Source: Chloroflexota bacterium
GTDB lineage: Bacteria; Chloroflexota; Anaerolineae; 4572-78; NAK82
Length of the DNA: 40,571 nt
Assembly (NCBI GenBank): GCA_024276515.1
Contig: JAJRXB010000341.1
Location: 1-40,571 of the forward strand
Reading direction: 5' to 3'
Positions 10,598-21,167 of this stretch are shown piece after piece. The translations under genes and the position numbers were made by a program. How positions within the stretch are numbered: the stretch's first letter is position 1; each line of letters starts with the position of its first letter. The notes under the pieces are model-generated. The model was not told the DNA's origin. It was given only the letters and a program-made list of their open reading frames with translations, and searched no databases.

Positions 10598-13072
10598 TTA
10601 ATCCTCTGTTAAAGGCTTCACGGTAATCTGGCGCAGGAGAACCAGCAGGGGGCGGGTATCCCCGTTAGGTTGTTCGAGGATGGTGGCTTCATCCAGCACG
10701 ATGAATTGAAAATCGTTGCGACCTGGTTGGAGTTCACCGATAAAAGTGAGGTCGGTTGCTTGATCAAATTGCCGGCGGGCCCTTTGCGTGCCAGCCTGGT
10801 TTTGAAGGACCACCTCGACAGTGCGCTGAGCATCTGGCCGGGCCGGCCCTGGCTCAACCTCAAATATGGCTCGAATTGCCTGGCGTTCAGTTGCCCAGAA
10901 TGTACCCCCCAATCCTTGCTCCTCACCATATCCCAGCCATAGCAAACTAGCATCGTCATAAACTTCTATTCCCCAAGGTGGTGTTTGGAGTTGTGGGTCT
11001 ATACCCACTGTTCCCGTAAGAGATGGATCTACCATTACCAGAGGATGATTTGCCGGCCCTGCCTGGCTGACACCTAATAATTTCGAAGAAGGAACCCATT
11101 CGATCCAATGGTATGCGAGGCTCAATACACGTGGATCCCCATTAAGGTTCTTGAACTGATTGCTATGCTCAATCAAAACCTTGACAAATGGTTTTGTATG
11201 GATCCGCTCAGCAGGGATAAAGAACGTAATCACCCCATCGCCAAGGGGAGCAGTTGTCGAGTCTATAAGTTCGCCATCAATCAGCAAACGCACTTCCTGA
11301 TTTTCATCGGACAGGCCATACCTGACCCACGCGCGAAATATATAGTCCTGATTTACCTCAACTGGGAATTGTAAATACAGTGACGGTCCAGCCCACCTGT
11401 GATAATAGCCAGCACTTCGCTCAAGGTTGTGAAAACCGTCGTTAGCTTGGAGAAGCTTTTCAAAGTCGCAATCCTCTACTGACAAGCGGTAATTATGCTC
11501 TTCCAACGCTCTTGTTGTGCTCAACGCCCAAATATCTGGGTCTGTAATATCAGGGAAAATGCCATCAGACTCACACATATCAAACCTAAGTACATAACTT
11601 GATATGTAACTCCGGTCTTCGAGCAGTCCTAAATCTGTACCAAAGTAGAAATCGAGAATCAATCGAAAAGAATTGACAGGCGTTATGGATGGATATAAAT
11701 ACTGTTCACCACCACCTGGCAGATAATAGGCGTTAAATATTGGCAAGGCTTCTCTTGATTTTATCCAGCCGGACCATGTCCCATGGTCTGCTTGAAGGAC
11801 AATAATCGGTGGCGTTTCGGACTGAGCAAGAATACTGTCGATGAGATCTTCTGTCAGATGGTTAACGTAAGAAAGTTGATCGGTGTACGCCTGCTTAGGT
11901 AGCCAGACGTTGCCATTTACATTTTCATAGTACTCAACCCCTGTAAAGTTGCCCTCACGATCAAATACATATGGTGGATGCGGAGCCACAATATGAGCGA
12001 AAGTGAAGGTTGGGTCTTTGATCTTGGGAACTTCTTTTAACTTACTAAACGTATCGAGGATACCTTCTCTACGATCTTTTGTAAACAGATCAAAGGCTTT
12101 GTATATGGTCGTTCCTAAAAAAACCTTAGTAAACTCACTTCTGCCGCGAAACGGATGGTTAATATCCGCCTGTTCGCTATAATTTGTGAGCCTAAACTCG
12201 GAACCAAAGTGGATCGTTGTGTATCCCAAGTCATTAAACTGTCTTGTTAAGTAGTTTTCGTGGGCCAAGAATGTTAACCTGTTGGTCTTTTCCCTGTCGC
12301 TCAACTTATCTTCTAGAACACCCAAGTTATCCAGATAATCTATATTCAAGGATGATGGAATAGACAGACTCGTTTGGGCATAGTTGCTATGACTCTCCGA
12401 GGCAACATAAAAACCGTTTGAAGTCAAGTAGTTAATAAATGCACTATTGTCGAAGTCGTAGTAATCACGTAAAACATCACCTCGAGCGTACCCATCGAGA
12501 ATAATATAATACACATCTGGCAACGCATCTAATCTAACCCGAGAGTTGAGGCTACGTCCCTTTGTTGGAGTAGGCATCTCTACCAAATGTTCTGATGCCT
12601 TAGCTTGATCAAAATAAGATTGCGCAACCGGAATCAAAGCCATCACAACTAGCACAACAGACAAGAAATTCAAATATCCATCTACCTTGGACTGTGTATT
12701 AAGTTTCCACACTGCCAGAGCGATAATAAAGACAAAGAAGATAATCCACAAAGGTAGCAAATAGTTATGTCGGGGCTCAACATTGACAAAATTAGGATCA
12801 GGAGAAATCCTCCTAAAAACTTCATCATAATAATAACCGTAGTACAAAGCAGCAAAAGCTATTGCAGTTGTAATGACTCCTGCCCTCGTGTTCGCTTTAA
12901 GAGACCAATTCACTGCTAAGTATAAAACAGCAGTTGCACCAAGGATCAAAGCTAAAGGTAAAAGGATTTCTGAAAATGCCATTAACTCAATGTTGGTAGC
13001 ATACAAGTGAAGCAGCGGATAGACGGCGAAGAGAAAGGGGTAAACAATAATCTGTCGGCGCTTAGTCTGCAT
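10598..13072 (-). CDS. Membrane-anchored alkaline-phosphatase-superfamily (LtaS/sulfatase-like) protein with C-terminal accessory domains
   Basis: ~5 N-terminal TM helices; IILDGYAR, YAQTSLS, APHPPY, ADHG metal-site motifs. Confidence 0.8.
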   Translation of the reverse strand: MQTKRRQIIVYPFLFAVYPLLHLYATNIELMAFSEILLPLALILGATAVLYLAVNWSLKANTRAGVITTAIAFAALYYGYYYDEVFRRISPDPNFVNVEPRHNYLLPLWIIFFVFIIALAVWKLNTQSKVDGYLNFLSVVLVVMALIPVAQSYFDQAKASEHLVEMPTPTKGRSLNSRVRLDALPDVYYIILDGYARGDVLRDYYDFDNSAFINYLTSNGFYVASESHSNYAQTSLSIPSSLNIDYLDNLGVLEDKLSDREKTNRLTFLAHENYLTRQFNDLGYTTIHFGSEFRLTNYSEQADINHPFRGRSEFTKVFLGTTIYKAFDLFTKDRREGILDTFSKLKEVPKIKDPTFTFAHIVAPHPPYVFDREGNFTGVEYYENVNGNVWLPKQAYTDQLSYVNHLTEDLIDSILAQSETPPIIVLQADHGTWSGWIKSREALPIFNAYYLPGGGEQYLYPSITPVNSFRLILDFYFGTDLGLLEDRSYISSYVLRFDMCESDGIFPDITDPDIWALSTTRALEEHNYRLSVEDCDFEKLLQANDGFHNLERSAGYYHRWAGPSLYLQFPVEVNQDYIFRAWVRYGLSDENQEVRLLIDGELIDSTTAPLGDGVITFFIPAERIHTKPFVKVLIEHSNQFKNLNGDPRVLSLAYHWIEWVPSSKLLGVSQAGPANHPLVMVDPSLTGTVGIDPQLQTPPWGIEVYDDASLLWLGYGEEQGLGGTFWATERQAIRAIFEVEPGPARPDAQRTVEVVLQNQAGTQRARRQFDQATDLTFIGELQPGRNDFQFIVLDEATILEQPNGDTRPLLVLLRQITVKPLTED

Positions 13073-14456
13073 AGCGTTTTTCTCTCATCAAATATAAGAC
13101 TCTCGAGGAATCCTTAATAGGTTCAGTACGTTGAATGGTAAAATAATGACCGAAGGCCACTTCAAAACCTGGCTGGGTGTAGTTGGGAAAAATATCATCC
13201 CGAGTCGCCAGCAGTCTTTGTACCTTCGGGTCCCCTTTGGGCACGAACTCAATGATGAGCCAATCACATAACTCAGCCAGAAAACCGGCGACCATATCAA
13301 GGGGGGTGTTGTTCGAGATGACCAGGTGATGGATGAGGGCCAGGGCCAGAATCAGATCGACAGGTCCGCGTTCTACAAAAGACATTCGTTCTTGGGTGTT
13401 CCACCCGATAGCAGGACTGGGGTTTGTTAAGTCAAGCAGTAACGGCAATAGGTTGGTTTCACCATTTTTTACTGTTTGACGGAAACTGATATCTACGGCC
13501 CCTGGGTCGACGTCCCATGCAACGGTTGGAATCCCTTGATGGCTGGCAATCCGGCTGAACAAACCCGTGTTGGCGCCCAAGTCCCATACTGTTTTGGGGT
13601 TGGCAATCTTAATGAAATCTGCTACGAGCTGTCGCTTGTGCTTAATTCCTTCTGCGCTGTAGCTGTCATCCTGGTAGTAATTCGCCCAGGCAGTTTTCTT
13701 AGGGTTCCAATGAAGCTTCTTGACACCGGTTTCCAGGTTGTCGAGCAGCCCTAGCAACGCTTTTCGGCTTATGCCCCGTTTGGCCGTTGTGCCGTTCACT
13801 GTTTTGTCTTTGAAATACTGCTGACTTCTGGCGTGGAGATGAATGTGTAAAAGCAAAGGCAAGCTGAAGTAACTACGGACAGGTAGTAATTTGGCCGCCA
13901 AATCGAGCGGGATGCCATCAATGAACACCCGCAGCAGTTGATTGAGACGGATATCTTTATATGCCATCAGAGCGAGTGGAGCGAGAAAATGCTGACAGAA
14001 TTGGCGGTAAGGTACCCAAACTGTCCCCTCCCGATAATGCTCAAAGGAGAGCGTGTCTATGAGGATCGGTTTTCCATTTAAGAACTGGATATTGTAGGCG
14101 CTGCTATCCTTTAGTGACATATTAAACTCAAGCGCTATTCTCTGCACTTCGAGTGTCGCCAGCGCCGCCGCTTTTAGTTGGCTGAAGCTCCATTCATAGG
14201 GGTATGAGATAAACTCTATAGGTTGCGGCTGAATCACCTTGTAGGCATCGCCAGACCGAGCCAATTCAAGACTGGCTTCAGTATGGGGAATCAGTAGCCC
14301 AGCCTCCACGAGCCGCTGATATAAGCCCGAACTGATCAGATGATCGTAGTTGTCCTTGTAGACCACGTTGATTTGGCGATAAAGCAAGCCGTTGTGTCGA
14401 AAGATGAAGCCACTTGGGTCTCGGAAGGAAGCCAAGATCCTTCGATCGTTAGTCAC
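13062..14456 (-). CDS. NoeA-like protein: N-terminal kinase-like region plus class I SAM methyltransferase
   Basis: SFRDPSG, ISYPYEWSF, LKDSSAYNI...IDTLSF, WDLGANTG SAM motif, LALIHHL. Confidence 0.8.
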   Translation of the reverse strand: MTNDRRILASFRDPSGFIFRHNGLLYRQINVVYKDNYDHLISSGLYQRLVEAGLLIPHTEASLELARSGDAYKVIQPQPIEFISYPYEWSFSQLKAAALATLEVQRIALEFNMSLKDSSAYNIQFLNGKPILIDTLSFEHYREGTVWVPYRQFCQHFLAPLALMAYKDIRLNQLLRVFIDGIPLDLAAKLLPVRSYFSLPLLLHIHLHARSQQYFKDKTVNGTTAKRGISRKALLGLLDNLETGVKKLHWNPKKTAWANYYQDDSYSAEGIKHKRQLVADFIKIANPKTVWDLGANTGLFSRIASHQGIPTVAWDVDPGAVDISFRQTVKNGETNLLPLLLDLTNPSPAIGWNTQERMSFVERGPVDLILALALIHHLVISNNTPLDMVAGFLAELCDWLIIEFVPKGDPKVQRLLATRDDIFPNYTQPGFEVAFGHYFTIQRTEPIKDSSRVLYLMREKRYAD

Positions 14457-14495
14457 CTTGTTCTTGATTCTCCATTCTCAAAATGTAGCGAGTTG

Positions 14496-14708
14496 CTATT
14501 GCAGCGATTCGTCGGTAGATTCGTCTGATCGCCCGAAAATGCCTTTGATTTTACCCCAGAACACTTTTGCGAAGAATAGGGTGCTCAATAGAGCACCAAA
14601 GAGCAGTTGTATAATCAAACTACCGCTTCCGGGGTCAAGATATGACAGAATCAATCTGCCAAATAGAATTCCTCCAGCAATTTTAGAAGCTTTTCGAAGT
14701 AAACCCAT
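14496..14708 (-). CDS. Small membrane protein with YLDPGSGS motif (70 aa)
   Basis: AGGAG RBS before ATG 14708; YLDPGSGSLIIQLL followed by a TM helix and basic patch. Confidence 0.7.
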   Translation of the reverse strand: MGLLRKASKIAGGILFGRLILSYLDPGSGSLIIQLLFGALLSTLFFAKVFWGKIKGIFGRSDESTDESLQ

Positions 14709-14891
14709 CTTAACTCTCCTTTTCTGCTGTGCTATTGTAGGTATTACCAACTTTACATCTATGTAGTTCTAAGCATTTTGGGCGATTCCACGATGTTTTG
14801 ACGGATAGCAGGCAGCACCTATCACCTAATCGCTGACACCTCAAACAGTCGGAATGATCAGAGGTCAAGGATGACCAGTAGCTATCCTCTA

Positions 14892-16031
14892 CTACGCAAG
14901 TTCTTCATACACATCTAACACCCCCCGCGCCATCTTCTCCCACGAGAAAAGTTTAGATCGAGCCAGGGCACGCCGTTGCAAATCGGCGTGGAGAGTGCTA
15001 TCGTTTTGCAGGCGAAGCATAGCCTCGGCCATTGCTTCAACATCCTCAGGGTCTACACTGAGCGCCGCATCGCCAGCGATTTCTGGCAGGCTGGTCACAT
15101 TGGAGGTAATCACCGCCGCGCCCAGGCTCATCGCTTCCAGCACCGGCATGCCAAACCCTTCAAACAAAGCCGGGTACAAAAAGGCGAAACAATGACGGTA
15201 GAGCCAGTGCAGTTGAGCGTCGTTGACATACCCCAACAGGTGTACGTCGTTTTGAATGCCCAGGCCGGCGATATAATCTGGCAAGTCTTCCTCCAGCCAG
15301 CCTTTACCCCCGGCCACTGCCAGCGGTAAGTCGGTCAACCCTTCGTGACGCAGGCGGGCGTAGGCTTGCAACAGGCGACGCAGGTTTTTGCGCGGCTCCA
15401 GCGTGCCCACCGACAGCCAAAATTCTCCTGCAGGCAACTTTTTGACCTGCCCGGCCTTTTCATCAACATCGTCTGTCAGCGAGAAGCGGCTGGCCGGGTG
15501 TAGTACCTGCACCCGCTCGGCCGGATAGTGGGGAAAGATCTCCAAAAAGTGACGTCTAGAATATTCAGAGATGGAGATGATCATATCCGCACGCAAACTG
15601 GCCTCAAATACCCCGTTAAAACAGATCAGCCGATTTGCCTCAGTGGTAAATTCTGGATGCTCTACATATACCAAATCATACAACGTGTAAACCAGGCGGG
15701 CATGGCGCAAGCCCTTTGGGCAAAAATAGTTATTGGCGTGGACGACATCGGGCCTGCCCAATTGATCTTCAAAACCTGGGGCGGGGTTTGACCAGAAAAC
15801 CCTGGCCTGGCTATGGGAGAACTCGGTGAAGCGCCGCTCGAAATTAGCCTGCCGGGTTTGAAAGGTGTTTCGTTTATGATCGGCATCCCAAAAATCGGGA
15901 CCAAAATTAGAATACAGGATATAATAGTTATCGTGATCAAGCCGGGCCAGGTGTTGAATTAACGAGTAGGCAACATAACCACAGCCGGCCTTATTCGACC
16001 CGGTTTGGCTTACATCAAAGCCAATTCTCAT
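14892..16031 (-). CDS. Glycosyltransferase family 4
   Basis: GTLEPRKN, EGFGMPVLEAMSLG; start MRIGFD overlaps the upstream stop (ATGA). Confidence 0.92.
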   Translation of the reverse strand: MRIGFDVSQTGSNKAGCGYVAYSLIQHLARLDHDNYYILYSNFGPDFWDADHKRNTFQTRQANFERRFTEFSHSQARVFWSNPAPGFEDQLGRPDVVHANNYFCPKGLRHARLVYTLYDLVYVEHPEFTTEANRLICFNGVFEASLRADMIISISEYSRRHFLEIFPHYPAERVQVLHPASRFSLTDDVDEKAGQVKKLPAGEFWLSVGTLEPRKNLRRLLQAYARLRHEGLTDLPLAVAGGKGWLEEDLPDYIAGLGIQNDVHLLGYVNDAQLHWLYRHCFAFLYPALFEGFGMPVLEAMSLGAAVITSNVTSLPEIAGDAALSVDPEDVEAMAEAMLRLQNDSTLHADLQRRALARSKLFSWEKMARGVLDVYEELA

Positions 16032-16930
16032 CGGTTTAGCCACCCCCGCAACGTATGATACAGGGGATCGACTACCCAGCCCCACATCGTCTGCATAGCA
16101 TCAAGCGGGACGTAATGATACCAACGAAGAAAGGAGATGGTGGAAACGGAGATAAGTAAAGTCATATATTTGATTTTTTCCGCCGGTATCTGGAGGTTGT
16201 AGTCCCTGGCATCCACAACAGCGTGGGCATAGTTAAAAATCCAGCGCTGGGGCGCTTGGCCCAGCCGCTTTTTCGTCATCTCAATGATCTCACGATGCAC
16301 AGCCACACGGCTGCCCAGCGTTTTATTGGCATCGTATAGCCGCGAACCGGCCAGCACGCGATTCAGACGGACGAATTTTGTGTCGGCGCCCAGACGCAGC
16401 CAATATTCGTAATCCATACAGTAGCGCAAGGTGGGATCAAGCAAGCCCTTTGTTTCCACCACCCGCCGTCTGAAGAAAACGGCCGGCTGGCATAGATAGC
16501 ACACATCCTTGAGTCGCTCATAGTCCCAATCTTCGGTGTAATAAGGTTCTATGACCGCGCCATACTCGTCAATGTGATTGGCGTCACCGTAGACCACTTC
16601 TACGGCCGGGTTCTGTTCAAAAAAGTCCAGTACAAAGCGTAAAGTGCCCGGATAGTAAATATCGTCCGAATTTAACCAGCCAATCACATCGCCAGATGTA
16701 TTTAAGATGCCTTTGTTGACTGCATCGGCCTGTCCTCCGTCTGGCTCTGAAATCCAGCGCAGTTGGCCTTCGTACCGACGCAGAATATCTATGGTTTCAT
16801 CAGTGCTACCCCCATCGCAAACCATATATTCCAGGTCGGGGATACCCTGGGACAAGACGCTCTGAATGGTACGCTCGATGAAGTGGCCTTGATTGTAGGA
16901 AGGTGTAATCACACTGATGGTCAACGACAT
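16028..16930 (-). CDS. Glycosyltransferase family 2
   Basis: SVITPSYNQG, DGGSTD, WLNSDD, CMDYEYWLR. Confidence 0.92.
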   Translation of the reverse strand: MSLTISVITPSYNQGHFIERTIQSVLSQGIPDLEYMVCDGGSTDETIDILRRYEGQLRWISEPDGGQADAVNKGILNTSGDVIGWLNSDDIYYPGTLRFVLDFFEQNPAVEVVYGDANHIDEYGAVIEPYYTEDWDYERLKDVCYLCQPAVFFRRRVVETKGLLDPTLRYCMDYEYWLRLGADTKFVRLNRVLAGSRLYDANKTLGSRVAVHREIIEMTKKRLGQAPQRWIFNYAHAVVDARDYNLQIPAEKIKYMTLLISVSTISFLRWYHYVPLDAMQTMWGWVVDPLYHTLRGWLNR

Positions 16931-16939
16931 TGTAACGTT

Positions 16940-18607
16940 TCAATCCTCGGCCGACCGAAAAAGTATCTGCAGGGAACCATCAGGAGCAACAATTTGGCAG
17001 GATTGGCACTGGCAACTTAGCCAACGCTCATCACTCGAGTTCATATGTTCGCTGGGCTTGAAAACAGGCGAGGCGTGTAAAATAATATGCCCACCCTCAG
17101 GCGAAAGAGGGAGGCGAAGAGTGATCGTTTGTCCTCGCGGTAGGCTCCATTGATCCATCGAAGTCGTACTATTTTCGCACCGGAGAGTGATTTTGCGATG
17201 AGGTAACCAGGCGGGCGCAGCCAACTTTAGTTCCAAAATACGTGCATCATCGTGAGCGCTGTAGCTAATTTCCACCTCCTGACCAAGCCAGCCGTCCGCG
17301 AAAACACCCGCCAGCCCATCGGTGATGGTTTTGCTCTTTCGCAAAGTCTGGTCAAATATCTCCAAATAATAACGAACCATATCTTCCTGCCGGAATTTGG
17401 CCAACTGTTGATAACCCCGTTGTACCAAATCCTCAGCCAGTTGCGGTTGATTAAGCAGTGCCTCTATAGCCTGTACAATTGCTGTTGGCTTGCGAGGATC
17501 AAAGTATAACGCGGCTTCACCTCCAATCTCCGGCAAGCTGGCTACGTTGCTGCACAATACCGGTTTGCCAAAGGCAAAAGCTTCCAGGAGCGGAATGCCA
17601 AACCCCTCGTACAAAGAAGGATAAATCATAAACTGGCAACCCCGAAATACAGCAGCCAATTGCTCATCAGATAGATAACCCAAGAAGTGAACTCTTTGCT
17701 TTAGTCCCATCGCTTCCACAGTGGCGCGCAGTTCTTTCTCCGGTTGAGCCAGCGCGCCGCTAAAAACCAAGTCCAGTTTAAGGCCTGGGTTGCGCCGGAC
17801 CAGGATATTGTAAGCCGTCAACAACATCCGATGATTCTTGTGAGGCCAGAAGTTGGCCGGATAAAACATATAGGGCTGTGTGCCAATTTGAAGTTCCGAT
17901 AGCGTATCCGGTGGTGGAACAACTTCACTTAAGCGGGAGTGAATACAAATATGCACCGTATGGGTTCGTTCGGGCACAACATCAAGGTGAGTCACCAGGG
18001 TTTGGCGAGTGTATTCTGAGATGCAAATCATAACATCGGCCCGCCGACTCGATTGTTCCAGAATGGCATCTCTACCGGCAACCTCATGCGGGTCAAAAAA
18101 TTGGGGATAGATACGATGTTGCAAATCGTAAACAATGGAAACAACTGGGATGCCAAGTTCAGCATAGGTTGGCGCTGTAAAAGGGCAAAACAACAGATCA
18201 ACCCCGTGCGCCCGCAATAACCGATTGGGCACGTGAGGATGAGGGGGCAGCCTGGGCACGCGACCTAATCTCTGTTTGAGTTGTCTGGCAGGTGGCAATA
18301 GCAGAGAGATGATCCGCGAGGGCAACACCTGGCGTAGGCGGTGTAACATTTGGTCAAGGCGCTCGTAGTTTCCAACGGCAGCCTGTTTAGTTGGCGGGGC
18401 CTCCCCAGGCAGCACGCACAATCGTTCGAAGCCTGGCCCATCCAATGCGGCCAGTTCGTGGTGGTTCCAGCCGGCCGTAAGCAACAAAAAGTCATAGGGA
18501 TGAGTCAGGCGCTGGAAATCGGCCAAAAGTTGCAAGACCAGAAGTTTAGCCCCTCCATTTTCGCCCCCCGGACGAAGCGGGGTTAAGTCTATGGCAATGC
18601 GTGGCAT
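16940..18607 (-). CDS. Glycosyltransferase family 4 with C-terminal accessory domain
   Basis: YPANFWPHKNH, PSLYEGFGIPLLEA; extra ~130 aa (GVFADGW...SDERWLS). Confidence 0.9.
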   Translation of the reverse strand: MPRIAIDLTPLRPGGENGGAKLLVLQLLADFQRLTHPYDFLLLTAGWNHHELAALDGPGFERLCVLPGEAPPTKQAAVGNYERLDQMLHRLRQVLPSRIISLLLPPARQLKQRLGRVPRLPPHPHVPNRLLRAHGVDLLFCPFTAPTYAELGIPVVSIVYDLQHRIYPQFFDPHEVAGRDAILEQSSRRADVMICISEYTRQTLVTHLDVVPERTHTVHICIHSRLSEVVPPPDTLSELQIGTQPYMFYPANFWPHKNHRMLLTAYNILVRRNPGLKLDLVFSGALAQPEKELRATVEAMGLKQRVHFLGYLSDEQLAAVFRGCQFMIYPSLYEGFGIPLLEAFAFGKPVLCSNVASLPEIGGEAALYFDPRKPTAIVQAIEALLNQPQLAEDLVQRGYQQLAKFRQEDMVRYYLEIFDQTLRKSKTITDGLAGVFADGWLGQEVEISYSAHDDARILELKLAAPAWLPHRKITLRCENSTTSMDQWSLPRGQTITLRLPLSPEGGHIILHASPVFKPSEHMNSSDERWLSCQCQSCQIVAPDGSLQILFRSAED

Positions 18608-18636
18608 AGGTTACACAATTTCCTTCAGTCAAGAGG

Positions 18637-19917
18637 TTAAATCAACCGCAAACGGCGCAGCAGTCTAACGGGTGGCCGATTCAACGTTCGTTCTTGTGAT
18701 TGAATAATCTGTTCTTGCGATTGGATAACTTCCAGGCGGGCAGCACGGTCGGCCTCTGACTTCTGTAAAAGTTGAGTGAGCTTCTCAATCTGATCCAGCC
18801 GTGCTGCCCGGTCAGCTTCTGACTCTTGTAAACGCTGGGTTAGCGCTTTAATCTGATCCAGTCGGGCGGCGCGGTCAGCTTCGCTAGCTTGCAACCTCTC
18901 ACTCAGTTGATGGATGACCTTCAGCCGAGCGGCACGGTCGGCTTCGGCTTCTTGCCATTTAGACCGCAATATTTCTATCTCTTCTCTTAGTTCCATAATC
19001 TTATTTATGCGACTTCTACCAATACGGTCTCTAATTTCTACAGCTTTTGCCTCAGAAGGCGCTTGAAGCCCCAACAATTGCAGAGAATCAATCACATCAC
19101 TGTATCCCAGGCGGCGAAAAATATCAAAGCCTAATAACTCTATAAGTTGCTGCAATTCTGGCAGCGTAAATGTTTCTACCCATCTGCCAATAGATTGGGA
19201 ATGCACCAAGTGGGTGGTTAAGGCTTTTTTGTCACCCATCGTCGAAGCGTTGTGCCTTGCTATTAAGGTTTGGTTCTGCCCGTAATCCAGCATAGTTGCT
19301 TCAAATGGCACCCCCAGCCAGTCACAAATATCGGTCAACGTTTCTTGGGGTGTCTCTACCAACTTCTCATACTGAACCTCAAGCTTGTACGGTGAAGGGA
19401 GCTCAAAGTAGGCAGCCAGCTTAAACAAGCCAACTGCAAAATCAAAAGATAATGAAGTAATTTTTTGCCCCAAAATTATTTCAGGGCCAGCACCCCATGT
19501 TTTCTTATACGAGGAAGCTACATCAAGCGGGTTACGTTTTAACCAAATCTTCTGGGCTTTGGGAAAAAGCTGGTCAAGCCAAGGCAGAATATGGTAGTAT
19601 CGAGGCGTTTTGTCAACAAAAATTGTTTTACCCGCCGTTTGCAAATGGCTGTTGTAGACTGTAATGGCAAAAGCCCGGGAAGCTTCAATCAATGTTTCAT
19701 CTGATACAAACTCTTTAGTGCCAATTGCAGCCAATTCGTCATCAACAATGTTCTCGACAGAGCATGGTTGTGTAAGTGCGGCCAATTTGAGCAAGAACCA
19801 GGGCTCTGGAGGACAAAGTATATCCGAATGGCTACCCAGCAACAGACTCAAAAGCGTAGAGCCAGACCGGGGTAGTGACAGCAAAAAAACTAGATTTTCA
19901 CCTTTATTGTAAATCAT
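18637..19917 (-). CDS. PAPS-dependent sulfotransferase with C-terminal coiled-coil repeats
   Basis: 5'-PSB motif LPRSGSTLL, DKTP, 3'-PB motif RNPLDVASS, YEKLV; four EADRAARL repeats; amphipathic basic C-terminus. Confidence 0.9.
   Translation of the reverse strand: MIYNKGENLVFLLSLPRSGSTLLSLLLGSHSDILCPPEPWFLLKLAALTQPCSVENIVDDELAAIGTKEFVSDETLIEASRAFAITVYNSHLQTAGKTIFVDKTPRYYHILPWLDQLFPKAQKIWLKRNPLDVASSYKKTWGAGPEIILGQKITSLSFDFAVGLFKLAAYFELPSPYKLEVQYEKLVETPQETLTDICDWLGVPFEATMLDYGQNQTLIARHNASTMGDKKALTTHLVHSQSIGRWVETFTLPELQQLIELLGFDIFRRLGYSDVIDSLQLLGLQAPSEAKAVEIRDRIGRSRINKIMELREEIEILRSKWQEAEADRAARLKVIHQLSERLQASEADRAARLDQIKALTQRLQESEADRAARLDQIEKLTQLLQKSEADRAARLEVIQSQEQIIQSQERTLNRPPVRLLRRLRLI
18706..18957 (-). 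repeat. Four 63-bp (21-aa) intragenic tandem repeats
   Basis: EADRAARL cores begin at plus-strand positions 18733, 18796, 18859 and 18922 (period 63). Confidence 0.88.
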
Positions 19918-19944
19918 TGCTTACTAAACATACATCTATTTGAG

Positions 19945-21144
19945 TTACCAAGATATACTACGCAGGTGGGCGCGAAATTCACGAGGGTCGGAGATGTCGT
20001 GATAGTAGAAACCTTTACCAAGCTTAATATGGAGCTCCGTGAGTGTGTTAAGTCGAACCGGTGGAAATTTGAGTACGAGCTTATGTAGTCCTGGCTGTAA
20101 AGCAAAAGTCTTCTCCTTTACCATATCACCAAGTGAAACCGATCCAGTAAGTTGCCATCCTGAATCATTCGGGTTTTCAGGGACCATCATTTCGATAACA
20201 AGAGATTGGCAACTAGTTGGCAAGCTGACCAAGAATTTGGATTCTTTTTTCATCCAGCCGTCAGAAAAAGCGCCTGTTAGATAAACTCTTCCGCTGGTAA
20301 TATCGTCCTGCTGAACGACGAATAGCAGTGGTCTTCTGTCAGCTTTAACAATTACTTTCCCAAAATGATCCCTTTGACTATCTTCAAAGAATTCGATCAT
20401 CTTATCTTCAGCTAATTCCCAATGTGACCAAAAGACTACATACTTGTATGATTTGAATTGGTCGTATCGGCAGGTTGGGTCCAAGTGACAGTAATCTGGT
20501 GGAATTTGGTTTACCTTGGCTGCAATAGGAATAGTACTCTTCTCATCGCCCAAGATGAAACAATAATCATCACTGTATCTTGTGTGAGCAAACCAACCAT
20601 AGATCTGAAATTCTAATATGTCATTACGATTGAGCATATTCTTGAGTGGATACCGTGAGGCAAAATCAGATGCAATCGAGCGATTGAATACATATTGGGG
20701 AACAACTCCGTAAAGATAATCGATATTGCATCCAACAAATAGTTAAGATTGTTTTCTCCAGCGCAGCGGAGGCTCGTTTTCGCCCCAAGGACGATAAAAC
20801 CAGACTGGCTTTCCACAACGCAGAAAATCCTCATCAGAAGTGGGTTGGATAAATAGAAAATCCGAGTCCATAATGCAGAAATATTCTGTTGTTGCCACTT
20901 GATAGGCAAGCATTTTTAAGTAAGGTTGTTGACTGTAAGCAGTTGTACCTACTAACTCAGGATAATCATCTCTATAGAGCAAAGTTGTATTTTGGGGTAG
21001 CCGAATTTGCTCAAGCAAATACTGTTCCGACCGGCTCGCAAAGATAAACAACTTGTTTTTTGATTGATAGTATAAATCGTAACTGGCCAGGAAGTGTCTT
21101 AGCAGTTTAATGTCGGGGGCATAGGTGACAACCACAATATCCAT
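19945..21144 (-). pseudogene. GT-A-like (DUF6492-like) putative glycosyltransferase interrupted by one in-frame TAA at 20743-20745
   Basis: ORFs 20743..21144 and 19945..20637 share a frame; the 35 codons between them are open (LFVGCNIDYLYGVVPQY...); DSD motif, QQPYLK. Confidence 0.75.
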
Positions 21145-21167
21145 CCAAATAGACCTCTCTTATATGG

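Noticed and set aside
19914-20105. 63-aa ORF, and the 98-aa ORF at 20613..20909
   Set aside because: Alternate frames within the split glycosyltransferase-like gene
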